IMG/VR virus record: IMGVR_UViG_3300027808_000022
Direction: 5' to 3' (one strand)
DNA length: 64,000 nt
DNA from: an uncultured virus (IMG/VR IMGVR_UViG_3300027808_000022)
Taxonomy: Duplodnaviria > Heunggongvirae > Uroviricota > Caudoviricetes
The translations under genes and the position numbers were made by a program. Positions 1 through 10,192 of the stretch are shown here, in pieces; the first letter of the stretch is position 1; each line of letters opens with the position of its first letter. The notes beneath the pieces were generated by a model. That model saw only the letters and a list, made by a program, of their open reading frames with translations, was not told the DNA's origin and made no database searches.

Positions 1-2254
1 TTGGTGTAACCGTTTTTGTTGGTGTTAGAGTTAAAGTTGGTGTTACTGTAGGAGTTTCAGTGTTTGTTGGTGTTACTGATGACGTAGGTGTGTTTGTGGG
101 TGTATGTGTAGGTGTTATTGTAGGTGTAGGTGTAGGGAAATCACAATTTAAACAATATGGATTTAAAAAATTATAAATTGGTCTTAAAATTCTGGCGTTG
201 TGTTGAATTTCAGGAACCGATAATGGTTTTGCATACATATTAAATTTGGATATTGCACCATCAAAAGTACCGGCAAAATTTTGTTCTATTAATATATTGG
301 TTGTAAGGCCACTTAATGTTGTTCCACTCAAAATATTTGGTGGGAACAATTCAGGGTCTTGTGTGTAGTAATTAATGTCGTTTGTTGGTACCGCGCTAAA
401 AATTAAATTTTCATGTAATCCTTGTGTTCCACCACCCCAAGAAATATTAAATGGTACTCCAACTTGATTTTCTTTGTGTCCAAATAAACCACGAGGTATG
501 ATTTCTTCAACATCTTCAAATACATAAAATATTATACCATTAATGTAAATTTTCATTCTACCTCTACGGTATATTTTTTCTAAAATCCAAAGATTGTTTA
601 ACTCAACAAGTTCTTCTATTGTTGGAATTAATTCATAATGTGTTATTGGTGGTGATATTAATGAAACTGAATTATTTACGGTACTGGCAGTATATGGGAA
701 GATAGTGATTGTCCCAAGACCACCACGATAAAACAAATCGCACGTATCTAACCATGTATATCGTTCAAAGACTACATCCACTAAAACCCAATGTTCTTGT
801 TCGTCATATGTTGTTCCACTACAATTATCATAAATTCCTCTATTGGTACAATAGTTATTTATTGAATAACCAGTTACTGAACCAGGACCTAAAGTTTCAC
901 AAGAACCTGTGTAAATACAATCACCTGTTATGGTTAAAGTTCTTATACAAATTTTTGGATTGTGTGGGTCACCACTAAATTTGATTGCAATTGCATTAGA
1001 CATTGAATCATATTCAGGATTATGTTCAGGAATTGGAACTGGTGGTTCGGGACAACAACAAAGGTCTACTTGAGTATGTGAATCTGTAGTTCCTGTTGGT
1101 GGATATACTAATATACAATTAGAATCATTATATTGCAAATAACCCGGCTTGGTTATTATTGAAAATTTAATGGTTCCCAATCCAACTCGTTTTGTTGTTA
1201 CAAATTTAAAATCTCCGGTTGATGCTGTGTATCCAACAACAGTTCCCTCAAGATATTGAGCGTCGTCATGATAAATTAATGCCGTATCACCCGAAACCCA
1301 TAATAAATTTGGAGAAACAGTTAATGTTCTACCTGTTGTTGTTAAATCAAAAATTGTTGTTGATGAAGTTGTATATCCCGAATATAAATCAACACAAAAA
1401 CAACTTGTTAATCCAGTCAACGGTGTTGTAATTCTGTAATAAGATGGGTCACCTGAATTTGTTCCGGCTGCGTGGTGCCAATACTTATTTTCGGCTCTTG
1501 TACCCATGTAAAAGAATATACCAGCATTATTTGGGTAATATTCATTTAATGTGGTTTGTCCTGAACTTGGAGAATAGACATTTGATAATCTTGGCTTTAA
1601 AGTCATCTCTACCGTCCATCCTTTTGGATATCTTTCAGGTAAAATTTTATAATCGTATCCGAACAATTCATAAAATCCTTGATAAAAACCACCATATAAT
1701 TCTTGGTAATTTCCAATAGTTTGTGCACTATATGACACAACATTATAAATCGTTCCTGCGGTTACACCCGAAAATCTTGTGTTTGGAGTCCAAGTATAAC
1801 CAGTAACTTGATGTAATTTTAATCTTCTATCAAATTTATACCTATCAAATTTTTCATTAGCAGGTAGTAAGCCATTAGTATAAGTTATTGATTGACCTGT
1901 CATTCCGGTTACCAATCCGTTGTCAGTTCCTGTTAATCCAATATCACAAATTGTTTTTGAAGAATAACAATCAATTAGAACATCATTTGGGTTGTAGTAG
2001 TTTTCAGAAATTAAAATGTTATCAAAGTCATAATTTCCATATGTTAATGAAAAATTTTGATTACTTCCTGTAAAATTAATATCAAACTTAACTGGTAACA
2101 CGTCACCATTATATGCGCCAATAATATATGGTGAAAAAATAACTTCTTCGTTATAATCTCGTTCATCTGATGCTAAAGAAAGGTCTGTAACCTCCAAAAA
2201 TGGTGATAAATACCATTTTTTATAGACATATTGGTTAATGTTCTGATAAGCCAT
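1..2254 (-). CDS. Large virion-type protein with LamG/concanavalin-A-like C-terminal region and Thr/Pro-rich repeat (runs off the window start)
   Basis: Not in the ORF track because it has no stop inside the window. ATG at 2254 reads MAYQNINQYVYKKWYLSPF...; the same frame later gives KIYING...NFAGTFDGAISKFNMYAKPLS..EI and then PTPTPTITPTHTPT. The middle was not translated in full. TATTTAT motif just upstream. Confidence 0.75.
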   Translation of the reverse strand, partial: MAYQNINQYVYKKWYLSPFLEVTDLSLASDERDYNEEVIFSPYIIGAYNGDVLPVKFDINFTGSNQNFSLTYGNYDFDNILISENYYNPNDVLIDCYSSKTICDIGLTGTDNGLVTGMTGQSITYTNGLLPANEKFDRYKFDRRLKLHQVTGYTWTPNTRFSGVTAGTIYNVVSYSAQTIGNYQELYGGFYQGFYELFGYDYKILPERYPKGWTVEMTLKPRLSNVYSPSSGQTTLNEYYPNNAGIFFYMGTRAENKYWHHAAGTNSGDPSYYRITTPLTGLTSCFCVDLYSGYTTSSTTIFDLTTTGRTLTVSPNLLWVSGDTALIYHDDAQYLEGTVVGYTASTGDFKFVTTKRVGLGTIKFSIITKPGYLQYNDSNCILVYPPTGTTDSHTQVDLCCCPEPPVPIPEHNPEYDSMSNAIAIKFSGDPHNPKICIRTLTITGDCIYTGSCETLGPGSVTGYSINNYCTNRGIYDNCSGTTYDEQEHWVLVDVVFERYTWLDTCDLFYRGGLGTITIFPYTASTVNNSVSLISPPITHYELIPTIEELVELNNLWILEKIYRRGRMKIYINGIIFYVFEDVEEIIPRGLFGHKENQVGVPFNISWGGGTQGLHENLIFSAVPTNDINYYTQDPELFPPNILSGTTLSGLTTNILIEQNFAGTFDGAISKFNMYAKPLSVPEIQHNARILRPIYNFLNPYCLNCDFPTPTPTITPTHTPTNTPTSSVTPTNTETPTVTPTLTLTPTKTVTP

Positions 2255-2301
2255 ATGACATAAATACTTTTATTGTAGTATTTATAGTATAAAAAATCAT
2301 T

Positions 2302-3111
2302 ATGGTTGAATTTGGTCGTGAATATTATAACAATGACATGTATTTTTTCTTAAAGAAAAGAAAAGATTCTATTGATGTCTACTATTCTGTTGGTAATACA
2401 ATTACAGAAGCCAGAACAATGGATGAAATTGTTAAAATACCTTTAATTAATGAAACTAAACTAAAATTAGTTATTGAAAAATTAACAAAGTCAAAGAAAA
2501 AATTTTCAAAAAAAGATATTAAAAGAATTATGGATAAAATTTCATCTGAAAAAGGTGAAATTGAAGAACTTGTTGATTACGATGGTAGTTTTTCAAATTC
2601 AAAAGTTCCAATTCATGACCCTACTTTATCACCAACAAAAACTATGGACCAAACTGTGTTTGCCGCTAGACAAGCAACAAACCCATTATTACGTGGATAT
2701 AGAGTTTACTATGGTGAAAGTGTTGTTAGAGAAATTGATGCTCGTGGAGCCTTTGGTTTTGAAGAAACTGAATTAGAAGGTGAAGATGCCAAAGAAGCGA
2801 TTGAAACATTTAAAGAATTAGGTGTTGAGGACCCAAAAGGTAGAGCTAAAGAAATGGGTTATGACCCAAAATTAGAAAAGAAAAAATTACCAGGTTCTTT
2901 TACAAGAAAAAGATTAGAAGAAGTCCAAAAAGAAAAAATGATTAAAGTTCTTGAGGATATGGTAACAAAAAAATCAAAAGATACTGACGTTCAAAATAAA
3001 GAAATAAACGCATCAAAATTATTAATTAAGAATTTAAGAACTCTTAAAAAAATGGCGGAAAAAGAAGGGTTAAGTAATTCTGATATTTTAAAGTTACTAA
3101 AAAATGAATAA
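2302..3111 (+). CDS. Hypothetical phage protein (late, possible head-associated)
   Basis: 269-aa ORF, TATTTAT motif at 2279-2285, first gene of an overlapping operon. Confidence 0.7.
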   Translation: MVEFGREYYNNDMYFFLKKRKDSIDVYYSVGNTITEARTMDEIVKIPLINETKLKLVIEKLTKSKKKFSKKDIKRIMDKISSEKGEIEELVDYDGSFSNSKVPIHDPTLSPTKTMDQTVFAARQATNPLLRGYRVYYGESVVREIDARGAFGFEETELEGEDAKEAIETFKELGVEDPKGRAKEMGYDPKLEKKKLPGSFTRKRLEEVQKEKMIKVLEDMVTKKSKDTDVQNKEINASKLLIKNLRTLKKMAEKEGLSNSDILKLLKNE

Positions 3112-3574
3112 AGAACTTTATGATAAGAGTTGGGATTTTCCAAAAGATTTGCAGAATCATATGAGAGTATGTTTTGCTAAGGTCAAAAACGCTGATGCAA
3201 ATACTGAAGGATATAATCGTAACAGAAGATTACAGACGGCAACAACAATTTCTTATCCTGAATTAAAAAGAGTAAAAAACTTTTTTGATAATCACACAGG
3301 AACACCTCAAGACGCACCATTTATTTTAAACGGTGAAAGTAAAATGAGAGATTTTGTTAATTCATCATTATCAGGTGCAAGACAATCACTAGCAACTTCC
3401 AAAAATATCAGACAAGACACTGGTATGGAAAAAGAATTTGTTCAAACACCAAATGCAAATGTAAATCTTAATATTTCAAAAGACGGAGCAAATAAAACAA
3501 GTCTTGAAAAATATGATTTACAAGTAACCGAAAGCCTAAAAAGGATAAATAACATTATGAAAAAAATAATATAA
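3104..3574 (+). CDS. Hypothetical phage protein
   Basis: 156-aa ORF overlapping upstream gene; C-terminal VTESLKRINNIMKKII. Confidence 0.7.
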   Translation: MNKELYDKSWDFPKDLQNHMRVCFAKVKNADANTEGYNRNRRLQTATTISYPELKRVKNFFDNHTGTPQDAPFILNGESKMRDFVNSSLSGARQSLATSKNIRQDTGMEKEFVQTPNANVNLNISKDGANKTSLEKYDLQVTESLKRINNIMKKII

Positions 3575-3579
3575 AAGTT

Positions 3580-3873
3580 ATGGAAAAATTACCATTAGAT
3601 TTTTCACAACCAGCTAATAGATTAACTGCGATTGCGGAAATAGAAAGAAAAAAGAACATTGTAAAAAATGATTTTATTCAACAAAGCAATGAATATGGCA
3701 CCACTAATCCGGCCGCACTTGCGGATGGAGATTCGATGGGAAGAGGTATAGGTACTTCAGACACTCGTAATGAAAGTGCGGGAACATCAATTGACATTTT
3801 TGAAAGAAAGATGAACATTAAATTTAATGCTTATCAAGCAGACAAACCTTACAACGTAAAAGGTGTAGAATAA
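3580..3873 (+). CDS. Hypothetical phage protein
   Basis: 97-aa ORF in operon, TAATG coupling to next gene. Confidence 0.65.
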   Translation: MEKLPLDFSQPANRLTAIAEIERKKNIVKNDFIQQSNEYGTTNPAALADGDSMGRGIGTSDTRNESAGTSIDIFERKMNIKFNAYQADKPYNVKGVE

Positions 3874-4268
3874 TGAAATTAATTGGTTCGTTAAAATCTT
3901 TAATAACTGAAGCGGCATCAATAGATGATATTAAAAAATCTATTGAACAAAAACAAGTATGCTCCATTTACTATGAAGGTGATGAACCAGGAGGAAGAGG
4001 ATTACGTGAAATTGAACCTGTTGCGTTAGGACGTTCAAAGGCGGGTAATTTAGTTCTTAGAGGATGGGATAGAACGGGAGCGTCTCACACCGCTTATAAA
4101 GGTGAACAACCATTACCATCTTGGAGATTATTTCGTGTTGATAAAATAACTATGTTAAAACCTACACGTGAAAACTTTACTCAGGCACAACCTGGCTATA
4201 ACTTTAATGGAGATAAAAGTATGACCCAAGTTATCTTAATTGCAAAATTTGATAACACAACAACATAA
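3873..4268 (+). CDS. Stand-alone WYL-domain protein
   Basis: REIEPVALG...LVLRGWD...WRLFRVDKI matches the WYL pattern; no HTH. Confidence 0.75.
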   Translation: MKLIGSLKSLITEAASIDDIKKSIEQKQVCSIYYEGDEPGGRGLREIEPVALGRSKAGNLVLRGWDRTGASHTAYKGEQPLPSWRLFRVDKITMLKPTRENFTQAQPGYNFNGDKSMTQVILIAKFDNTTT

Positions 4269-4271
4269 TAT

Positions 4272-4877
4272 ATGAACTCAGAAAACGATTTAATGCAAAA
4301 ATTAGTGGTGGCTAAAAAAATTATGGATGCCCATAATAAAACACCAAGAGCTGGAAACAGTGGTGGAATTCCATCAACACCGATGTTAGAACAATTTAAC
4401 ACACCGCCAGCAATGTATAATATTCCACAAGAATATATGGAAGAACAAAAACAAGTTCAACCACAACAAACATCTCAATTACCCGTTAAAGACAGAATTT
4501 TAAATTCAAGATTACCTGATGAAATTAAAAGATTGATGATTGAACATCCTATTGACAAACCAAACAATATGGGTGGTCCAACATTATCTAATGAAGTTGT
4601 TGAAGCGGCAGCGAGATTAATGAAAACAGATGCTCGTGGTAATGTAAGTGAATCAAACGTGCCAAGACAACCTCAAGTACAGTATCAACAAGGACAAAAT
4701 ACCTCTGGTATTGACTATAGTCTATTAAAGTCAATTATTAGAGATACAATAACTGAAGTTTTGACTGAAAAAGGTATGGTTGTTGAAAGTGCGTCAAAAA
4801 CTAAAGAACAAATTTCTTTTAGAGTTGGTCAACACGTGTTTGAAGGTGTTGTAACAAAAATTAAAAAGATGAAATAA
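4272..4877 (+). CDS. Hypothetical phage protein
   Basis: 201-aa ORF in operon. Confidence 0.7.
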   Translation: MNSENDLMQKLVVAKKIMDAHNKTPRAGNSGGIPSTPMLEQFNTPPAMYNIPQEYMEEQKQVQPQQTSQLPVKDRILNSRLPDEIKRLMIEHPIDKPNNMGGPTLSNEVVEAAARLMKTDARGNVSESNVPRQPQVQYQQGQNTSGIDYSLLKSIIRDTITEVLTEKGMVVESASKTKEQISFRVGQHVFEGVVTKIKKMK

Positions 4878-4926
4878 TACTTTGATTTATTGAGTAAACT
4901 TTCTATTATTATGAAAAAGTTTACTT

Positions 4927-6138
4927 ATGTCAAAAATCAAAGTTTTAGTTTTACCATCAGACAGAACAGGTGTCGGAAAATTCCGCTCTGTTGACCCCCA
5001 CATTTTTTTACAAAATTTATATCCCGATGATTTTCATGTTGATATTGTTTTTGATTTAGATATCAACAACCCGTCAGTATGGGATGATTATCAAATTGTT
5101 CATTTTCATAGGGTAATTGCTGGTAATTATGAAAACACACCAAACATTGTTAACTATCTAAAACAAAGAGGTATTAAAACCGTAATGGATTTGGATGATT
5201 ATTGGTTACCAACCAAAGAACACCCAATTCACGATTTAATTCGTGTTAATAAAATTCACGAAAAAATTGTAGATAACATTAAAGTGGCTGATTATGTATT
5301 AACTACAACAACACTTTTTGCTGATGAAATTAAAAAATACAATAAAAATGTTTTTATTTTTCCAAATGCAATTAATCCAAAAGAACCACAGTTTTGTGAA
5401 CCAACAATTAAATCAGAAAAATTACGATTTGGTTGGTTAGGTGGTTCATCCCACTTATATGATTTAATGTTATTAGATGGATTGTTTCAAAGAATGGAAC
5501 CATATAAAAACAAAGTACAAACTTATTTATGTGGTTTTGACATTAGAGGTAGTGTAACAGAAATTAATTCTGAAACAAAAGAACAAACTAAGAGAGACAT
5601 TAAACCAGAAGAAACTGTTTGGTTTAAATATGAAAATATCTTTACAGATAATGGAAAGTTAATCAGTCCTGATTATAAAGATTTTTTATTAAAATTTAAA
5701 GAAGAAGATTATTCTAAATTTTCAGATGAATATTACCATCGTGTATGGACAAGACCTGTTCAAAGTTATGCTAAAAATTACACAAAATTTGATGTGTCTT
5801 TGGCACCGATTAAAAATCATATATTTAACCGAGTTAAATCACAATTAAAAGTTATTGAAGCAGGTTTTTATAAGAAAGCATTAATTGCATCAAATTTAGG
5901 ACCATATACAATTGACTTGAAACATTCATTACAAAATGGTAACTTTGTTGACGGAAACGCATTGTTGGTTGACGAAAGTAGAAATCATAGTGATTGGTTT
6001 AAATATGCTAAGAAACTTATTGACAACCCAAATTGGGCTCACGATTTAGGTGAAAGGTTGTATGAAACAGTAAAAGACACGTATGACTTAAATGTCGTAA
6101 CTAAAACAAGAGCAGAATTTTATAAATCTATAGTATGA
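4927..6138 (+). CDS. Glycosyltransferase, GT-B fold
   Basis: DLDDYW, FPNAI, GWLGGSSH..D, DVSLAP...FNRVKSQLKVIEAG....IAS...PY motifs. Confidence 0.8.
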   Translation: MSKIKVLVLPSDRTGVGKFRSVDPHIFLQNLYPDDFHVDIVFDLDINNPSVWDDYQIVHFHRVIAGNYENTPNIVNYLKQRGIKTVMDLDDYWLPTKEHPIHDLIRVNKIHEKIVDNIKVADYVLTTTTLFADEIKKYNKNVFIFPNAINPKEPQFCEPTIKSEKLRFGWLGGSSHLYDLMLLDGLFQRMEPYKNKVQTYLCGFDIRGSVTEINSETKEQTKRDIKPEETVWFKYENIFTDNGKLISPDYKDFLLKFKEEDYSKFSDEYYHRVWTRPVQSYAKNYTKFDVSLAPIKNHIFNRVKSQLKVIEAGFYKKALIASNLGPYTIDLKHSLQNGNFVDGNALLVDESRNHSDWFKYAKKLIDNPNWAHDLGERLYETVKDTYDLNVVTKTRAEFYKSIV

Positions 6139-6836
6139 TACAGGTACCATTAACTAAACTATTATTTTTTGACATTGAAACTGTTGGATTGCATAAAGAC
6201 TACGATGGTCTTGAACAAAATCATCCAGCACTCACAAAACAATTTAACAATTACTTTGATTGGTTTCAGAAAAGATTTCCTGAAGACCAAGGGTTGGACC
6301 CACAACAAGTTTTTGTAAACCGAGCGGCACTTGTTCCTGAGTTTTCAAAAATTGTCTGTGCAAGTTTTGCCTTTGTTGGTCCTGATGGAAAAACACACGC
6401 ACAAACTTTCTCAGGTGATGATGAAAAAGAAATCTTATTGGGTATTAACGCCCTTTTGAATAAAGTATTCAAATTAGATTTTTGGTTATGTGGACATAAC
6501 ATTAAAAACTTTGATATTCCTGTGTTAAATAAACGTATGGTTATCAATGGAATTAAACCATCACCACTATTACCATCTTATGATACAAAGCCTTGGGAAA
6601 TCAAAGCAATTGATACTATGGATGTATGGAAAATGGGTAATAACTTTGCATTATCATCATTGGAACTTATGTGTGCTGCCATGGGTGTTAAATCACCAAA
6701 AGAAGGTGAAGTTACGGGTAACCGAGTACACGAAGCATACTACGATTTTAATCAACTTGACTTGATTGTTGAATATTGTGAAAGAGATGTAATGGTATTG
6801 ATTGATATAATTAAAAAATTTAAAGAACTACAATAA
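6135..6836 (+). CDS. PolB-like 3'-5' exonuclease (DEDD)
   Basis: FFDIET, GHNIKNFDIP and YCERDV exonuclease motifs. Confidence 0.8.
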   Translation: MIQVPLTKLLFFDIETVGLHKDYDGLEQNHPALTKQFNNYFDWFQKRFPEDQGLDPQQVFVNRAALVPEFSKIVCASFAFVGPDGKTHAQTFSGDDEKEILLGINALLNKVFKLDFWLCGHNIKNFDIPVLNKRMVINGIKPSPLLPSYDTKPWEIKAIDTMDVWKMGNNFALSSLELMCAAMGVKSPKEGEVTGNRVHEAYYDFNQLDLIVEYCERDVMVLIDIIKKFKELQ

Positions 6837-6837
6837 T

Positions 6838-7440
6838 ATGAATAACGAAAACGATGAAATGGACTTGTTGCAACAAGAATTATCTAATATCTTGAAACAA
6901 CTTCAAAATGAAATGGATGGTACTTCTGAACTTGAAATTGAAGAAATTCACGGTGTTAATTTAAAAGAATTAGAAAAAGCATTTAGTGAAAAAGAACCAA
7001 AATTAGATTTAAAATTTGTTAAATGTCATGCCGATGCTGTGTCACCAAGTTATAATTACCCAACAGATTCAGGATTTGATTTACATTCAACAGAATCAAC
7101 AATGATACCTCCATTATCAAGAATGGTGGTTGGAACAGGATTAAAGTTTAACATTAAAGACGGTTATGAAATTCAAATCAGACCAAAGAGTGGTTTAGCA
7201 TTAAAACAAGGATTAACTGTTTTAAACACACCAGGAACAATTGATTCTGGATATGACGGTGAAGTTAAAGTAATCCTATATAACTCAACGCAAAACACAA
7301 TTAAAGTTGATAAAGGTCAAAAAATTGCTCAGGCATGTGTTTGTCCTGTGGCAAATGGCAGATGGATAAACCCTGTTGAAGTTTCTGAAATTTCAGGTAA
7401 GGACAGAGGGGATAAAGGATTTGGTAGTACAGGGATATAA
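6838..7440 (+). CDS. dut: Trimeric dUTPase with acidic N-terminal extension
   Basis: SGFDL, RPKSGLA, PGTIDSGYDGE, KIAQ and RGDKGFGSTG motifs I-V. Confidence 0.95.
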   Translation: MNNENDEMDLLQQELSNILKQLQNEMDGTSELEIEEIHGVNLKELEKAFSEKEPKLDLKFVKCHADAVSPSYNYPTDSGFDLHSTESTMIPPLSRMVVGTGLKFNIKDGYEIQIRPKSGLALKQGLTVLNTPGTIDSGYDGEVKVILYNSTQNTIKVDKGQKIAQACVCPVANGRWINPVEVSEISGKDRGDKGFGSTGI

Positions 7441-7442
7441 GT

Positions 7443-8873
7443 ATGATTACAATAGGTTATAGTACAAGAAAAATTGATGAAAATTACATCTTACAATTAG
7501 AAAAAAGTTGTGGAAGTAAAAATGTTCAGATTATTCCAATTGAAAATAATGGTGAGTATTCATTATCTGAAGTTTATAATAAGATTTTAGAACAATCAGA
7601 AAATGATATTGTTGTTTTATGTCATGATGATTTAAAATTTGATACACATGGTTGGGCATATAAAATTAAATCCCATTTTGAAAAGAACCCTGAATATGGA
7701 ATCATTGGTTTAGCCGGTTCCAAATACATGCCAAAGTCTGGTATGTGGTGGGAAGTACAACCAACAATGTATGGTATTGTAAACCACGAAAATGAAGGTA
7801 AAAAATGGGAATCAAAATATTCAAAAGACATTGGAAATAAACTTGAATCAACGTTAATGGTTGATGGTTTATTTTTTGCATTACATAAACAAAGAATTAA
7901 AAAGAATTTTGATGAAACTGTAAAAGGTTTTCATTTTTATGATGTAACATTCTCATTCCAAAATCATCTTGAAGGTGTTAAAGTTGGTGTTTGTACTGAT
8001 ATTCGTGTAACCCACCTATCCATTGGTCAAACAAACGAACAATGGGAGGCAAACAGAGTTGAATTTGCCAAAAAATTTGAAGATGTATTACCAGTTGATA
8101 TTACAATTACCGATAAAACATTAAAAACATTTATTTTTGTTCATGACCAAGATTTGGTAGAATTGTTTGAGGAAAATAGTAAATTTAAAGGATTTAATAA
8201 TTACACATATGTGTTTGTCGGTAATAGACCTATTGACAAAATTGAAAACTTACCAAATGTTATTATTTCTCGTAACTATGAGGGTCATTTAGAAGACTAT
8301 CCAAAACTAACATCATTTAGCGGTTGGTACACATTATGGAAACATAAATTAATTGATACTGAATATGTTAATTTATTTGAATATGATGTGAATTATGTTC
8401 ATGATTTTTTACCACAAATTTCAAAGATGTTGTACGATAAGTTAGACATGATTGGATATATACCATTTCCCGCACCACACCCAATGTTTATTCAACACCC
8501 ACCATTTATTGAAACTTTATTTAAAACAATTAGAAAGACATATCATGTTGACATTCAAAAAATATTGATGGGGGTAATTTCTGAAGGAAAAATGGGTTAT
8601 TGGTCATCAACATCAAACACTACTTTTAGAAAAAATGTATTTGACCAATATATGAATTGGATGTCACCAATGATTGACGAGATTAAAGTTGACCCAAATG
8701 CTGGTCACCTACACGAAAGGTCAATTACCATTTTTGCATCTATGAAAAGTAAAAAATTAATTTTAACAAATGGTTACTTAAAACATTATCAAATGGACTC
8801 ACATAAGACACAGGGACATTATGTTGATGAAAAAAGTACAATAAACGAACTTCTTGAAAATAAAGTACAATAA
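7443..8873 (+). CDS. Two-domain glycosyltransferase-like protein (GT-A)
   Basis: YNKILE...VVLCHDD, DGLFFA, FDE...FHFYD; second domain with FEYD and HLHER. Confidence 0.7.
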   Translation: MITIGYSTRKIDENYILQLEKSCGSKNVQIIPIENNGEYSLSEVYNKILEQSENDIVVLCHDDLKFDTHGWAYKIKSHFEKNPEYGIIGLAGSKYMPKSGMWWEVQPTMYGIVNHENEGKKWESKYSKDIGNKLESTLMVDGLFFALHKQRIKKNFDETVKGFHFYDVTFSFQNHLEGVKVGVCTDIRVTHLSIGQTNEQWEANRVEFAKKFEDVLPVDITITDKTLKTFIFVHDQDLVELFEENSKFKGFNNYTYVFVGNRPIDKIENLPNVIISRNYEGHLEDYPKLTSFSGWYTLWKHKLIDTEYVNLFEYDVNYVHDFLPQISKMLYDKLDMIGYIPFPAPHPMFIQHPPFIETLFKTIRKTYHVDIQKILMGVISEGKMGYWSSTSNTTFRKNVFDQYMNWMSPMIDEIKVDPNAGHLHERSITIFASMKSKKLILTNGYLKHYQMDSHKTQGHYVDEKSTINELLENKVQ

Positions 8874-9532
8874 TGAATTATGTGAGTTTTAGTCTATGGG
8901 GAAATCAACCAATTTATAATGTTGGAGCAATTAGAAATGCTGAACTTATGAAAACAATCTACCCTAATTGGAAAATGATTGTTTATTATGATAATACAGT
9001 ACCATCTGAAACAATTGATAAATTAAAAGAATTAGATGTTGTAGTTAAAGATATGACAGGAACTGATATCTATGGTATGTTTTGGAGATTTTTTGCTCAC
9101 GATGAACCTAATTGTCAATATGCAATTTTTAGAGATACTGATGCTCGTTTAACTGAAAGAGAAAAACTTGCAGTTGATGAGTGGATTAATAGTAGAAAAT
9201 CCATTCACGTAATGAGAGACCATCCAGCACATAGAATTCCTTATGGAAATACAGGTTTAGGTATCTTAGGCGGTATGTGGGGTATTAAATCAGGGGTTAT
9301 TCCATTAACAGATTTAATTAAAAAATTTCCAAAGTTAAAAGAACTTCAATATGGTAATGACCAAACATTCTTAAAAACTATATATTCAATATTTCAAGAT
9401 GACAGATGTACACATGATGATTTTTTTGAAAATAAACCTTTTCCCATCAAAAGAAACCCTGGTGAGTTTATTGGAAGTCGTATTGACCACAATGATATGC
9501 CAGTTGGGACAGATTATTTAGCGGTGTCATGA
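8873..9532 (+). CDS. Putative glycosyltransferase-related protein
   Basis: SFSLWG...Y..GA..N, GMFWRF, RDTDAR, MRDHP.H, LGGMWG, DQ.FL (DxD-like motif). Confidence 0.6.
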   Translation: MNYVSFSLWGNQPIYNVGAIRNAELMKTIYPNWKMIVYYDNTVPSETIDKLKELDVVVKDMTGTDIYGMFWRFFAHDEPNCQYAIFRDTDARLTEREKLAVDEWINSRKSIHVMRDHPAHRIPYGNTGLGILGGMWGIKSGVIPLTDLIKKFPKLKELQYGNDQTFLKTIYSIFQDDRCTHDDFFENKPFPIKRNPGEFIGSRIDHNDMPVGTDYLAVS

Positions 9533-10191
9533 AAAAAATATTATATGTGATTCTTCACACCTGTACACGACCAGAAAGATATGATGCTGTTGTTAATACG
9601 TGGGGTAAAGACGTGGATTTTATATTCTATGCTGATTGTGATGATAAAGAAAAAAAAATTATTAAAGTTTCTGATGATACTTCATATAGCTCAAATGAAG
9701 CAAAACATGTAAATGTAATTAAATATTTATTTGATAATGATTATCAATATGAATGGTTCTTTTTTTGTGATGATGATACATTTGTAAACACTAAAAAATT
9801 AGAAGAAAATTTAAATAATTTTGATAAAGAAAAAATTATTGGACAAAAATTAAAAGGTACTTGGCCAACCGATACTAATCTAGAATACTGTTCAGGTGGA
9901 GCAGGTTATTTAATAAATAAAAATATTTTAGAAAAAATTGCACCAATGATTACAATAAAAGATACGGGATACTCTGATGTTACATTAGGTCTTTCTATTA
10001 TAGAATTAGGTTTAAAGGTGGTAAATCAGATACCTAAACTAGTTACTCAAATAGAACATAATGAAAAATTTAATGGTCAATCACCAACATATTATAATAT
10101 AGATATATCATCAATTAAAGATGTGTTTACCTATCATTATATTGATTCTCAGACAATGGTTGAAATGTATGAAATATTAAACAACAATTAA
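9529..10191 (+). CDS. Fringe-like / GT31 glycosyltransferase
   Basis: TWGK, WFFFCDDDTFVN, SGGAGYLI and SDVTLG motifs. Confidence 0.8.
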   Translation: MKKILYVILHTCTRPERYDAVVNTWGKDVDFIFYADCDDKEKKIIKVSDDTSYSSNEAKHVNVIKYLFDNDYQYEWFFFCDDDTFVNTKKLEENLNNFDKEKIIGQKLKGTWPTDTNLEYCSGGAGYLINKNILEKIAPMITIKDTGYSDVTLGLSIIELGLKVVNQIPKLVTQIEHNEKFNGQSPTYYNIDISSIKDVFTYHYIDSQTMVEMYEILNNN

Positions 10192-10192
10192 A

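Noticed and set aside
709..2073. Short plus-strand ORFs at the window start
   Set aside because: They are shadows of the long minus-strand gene starting at 2254.
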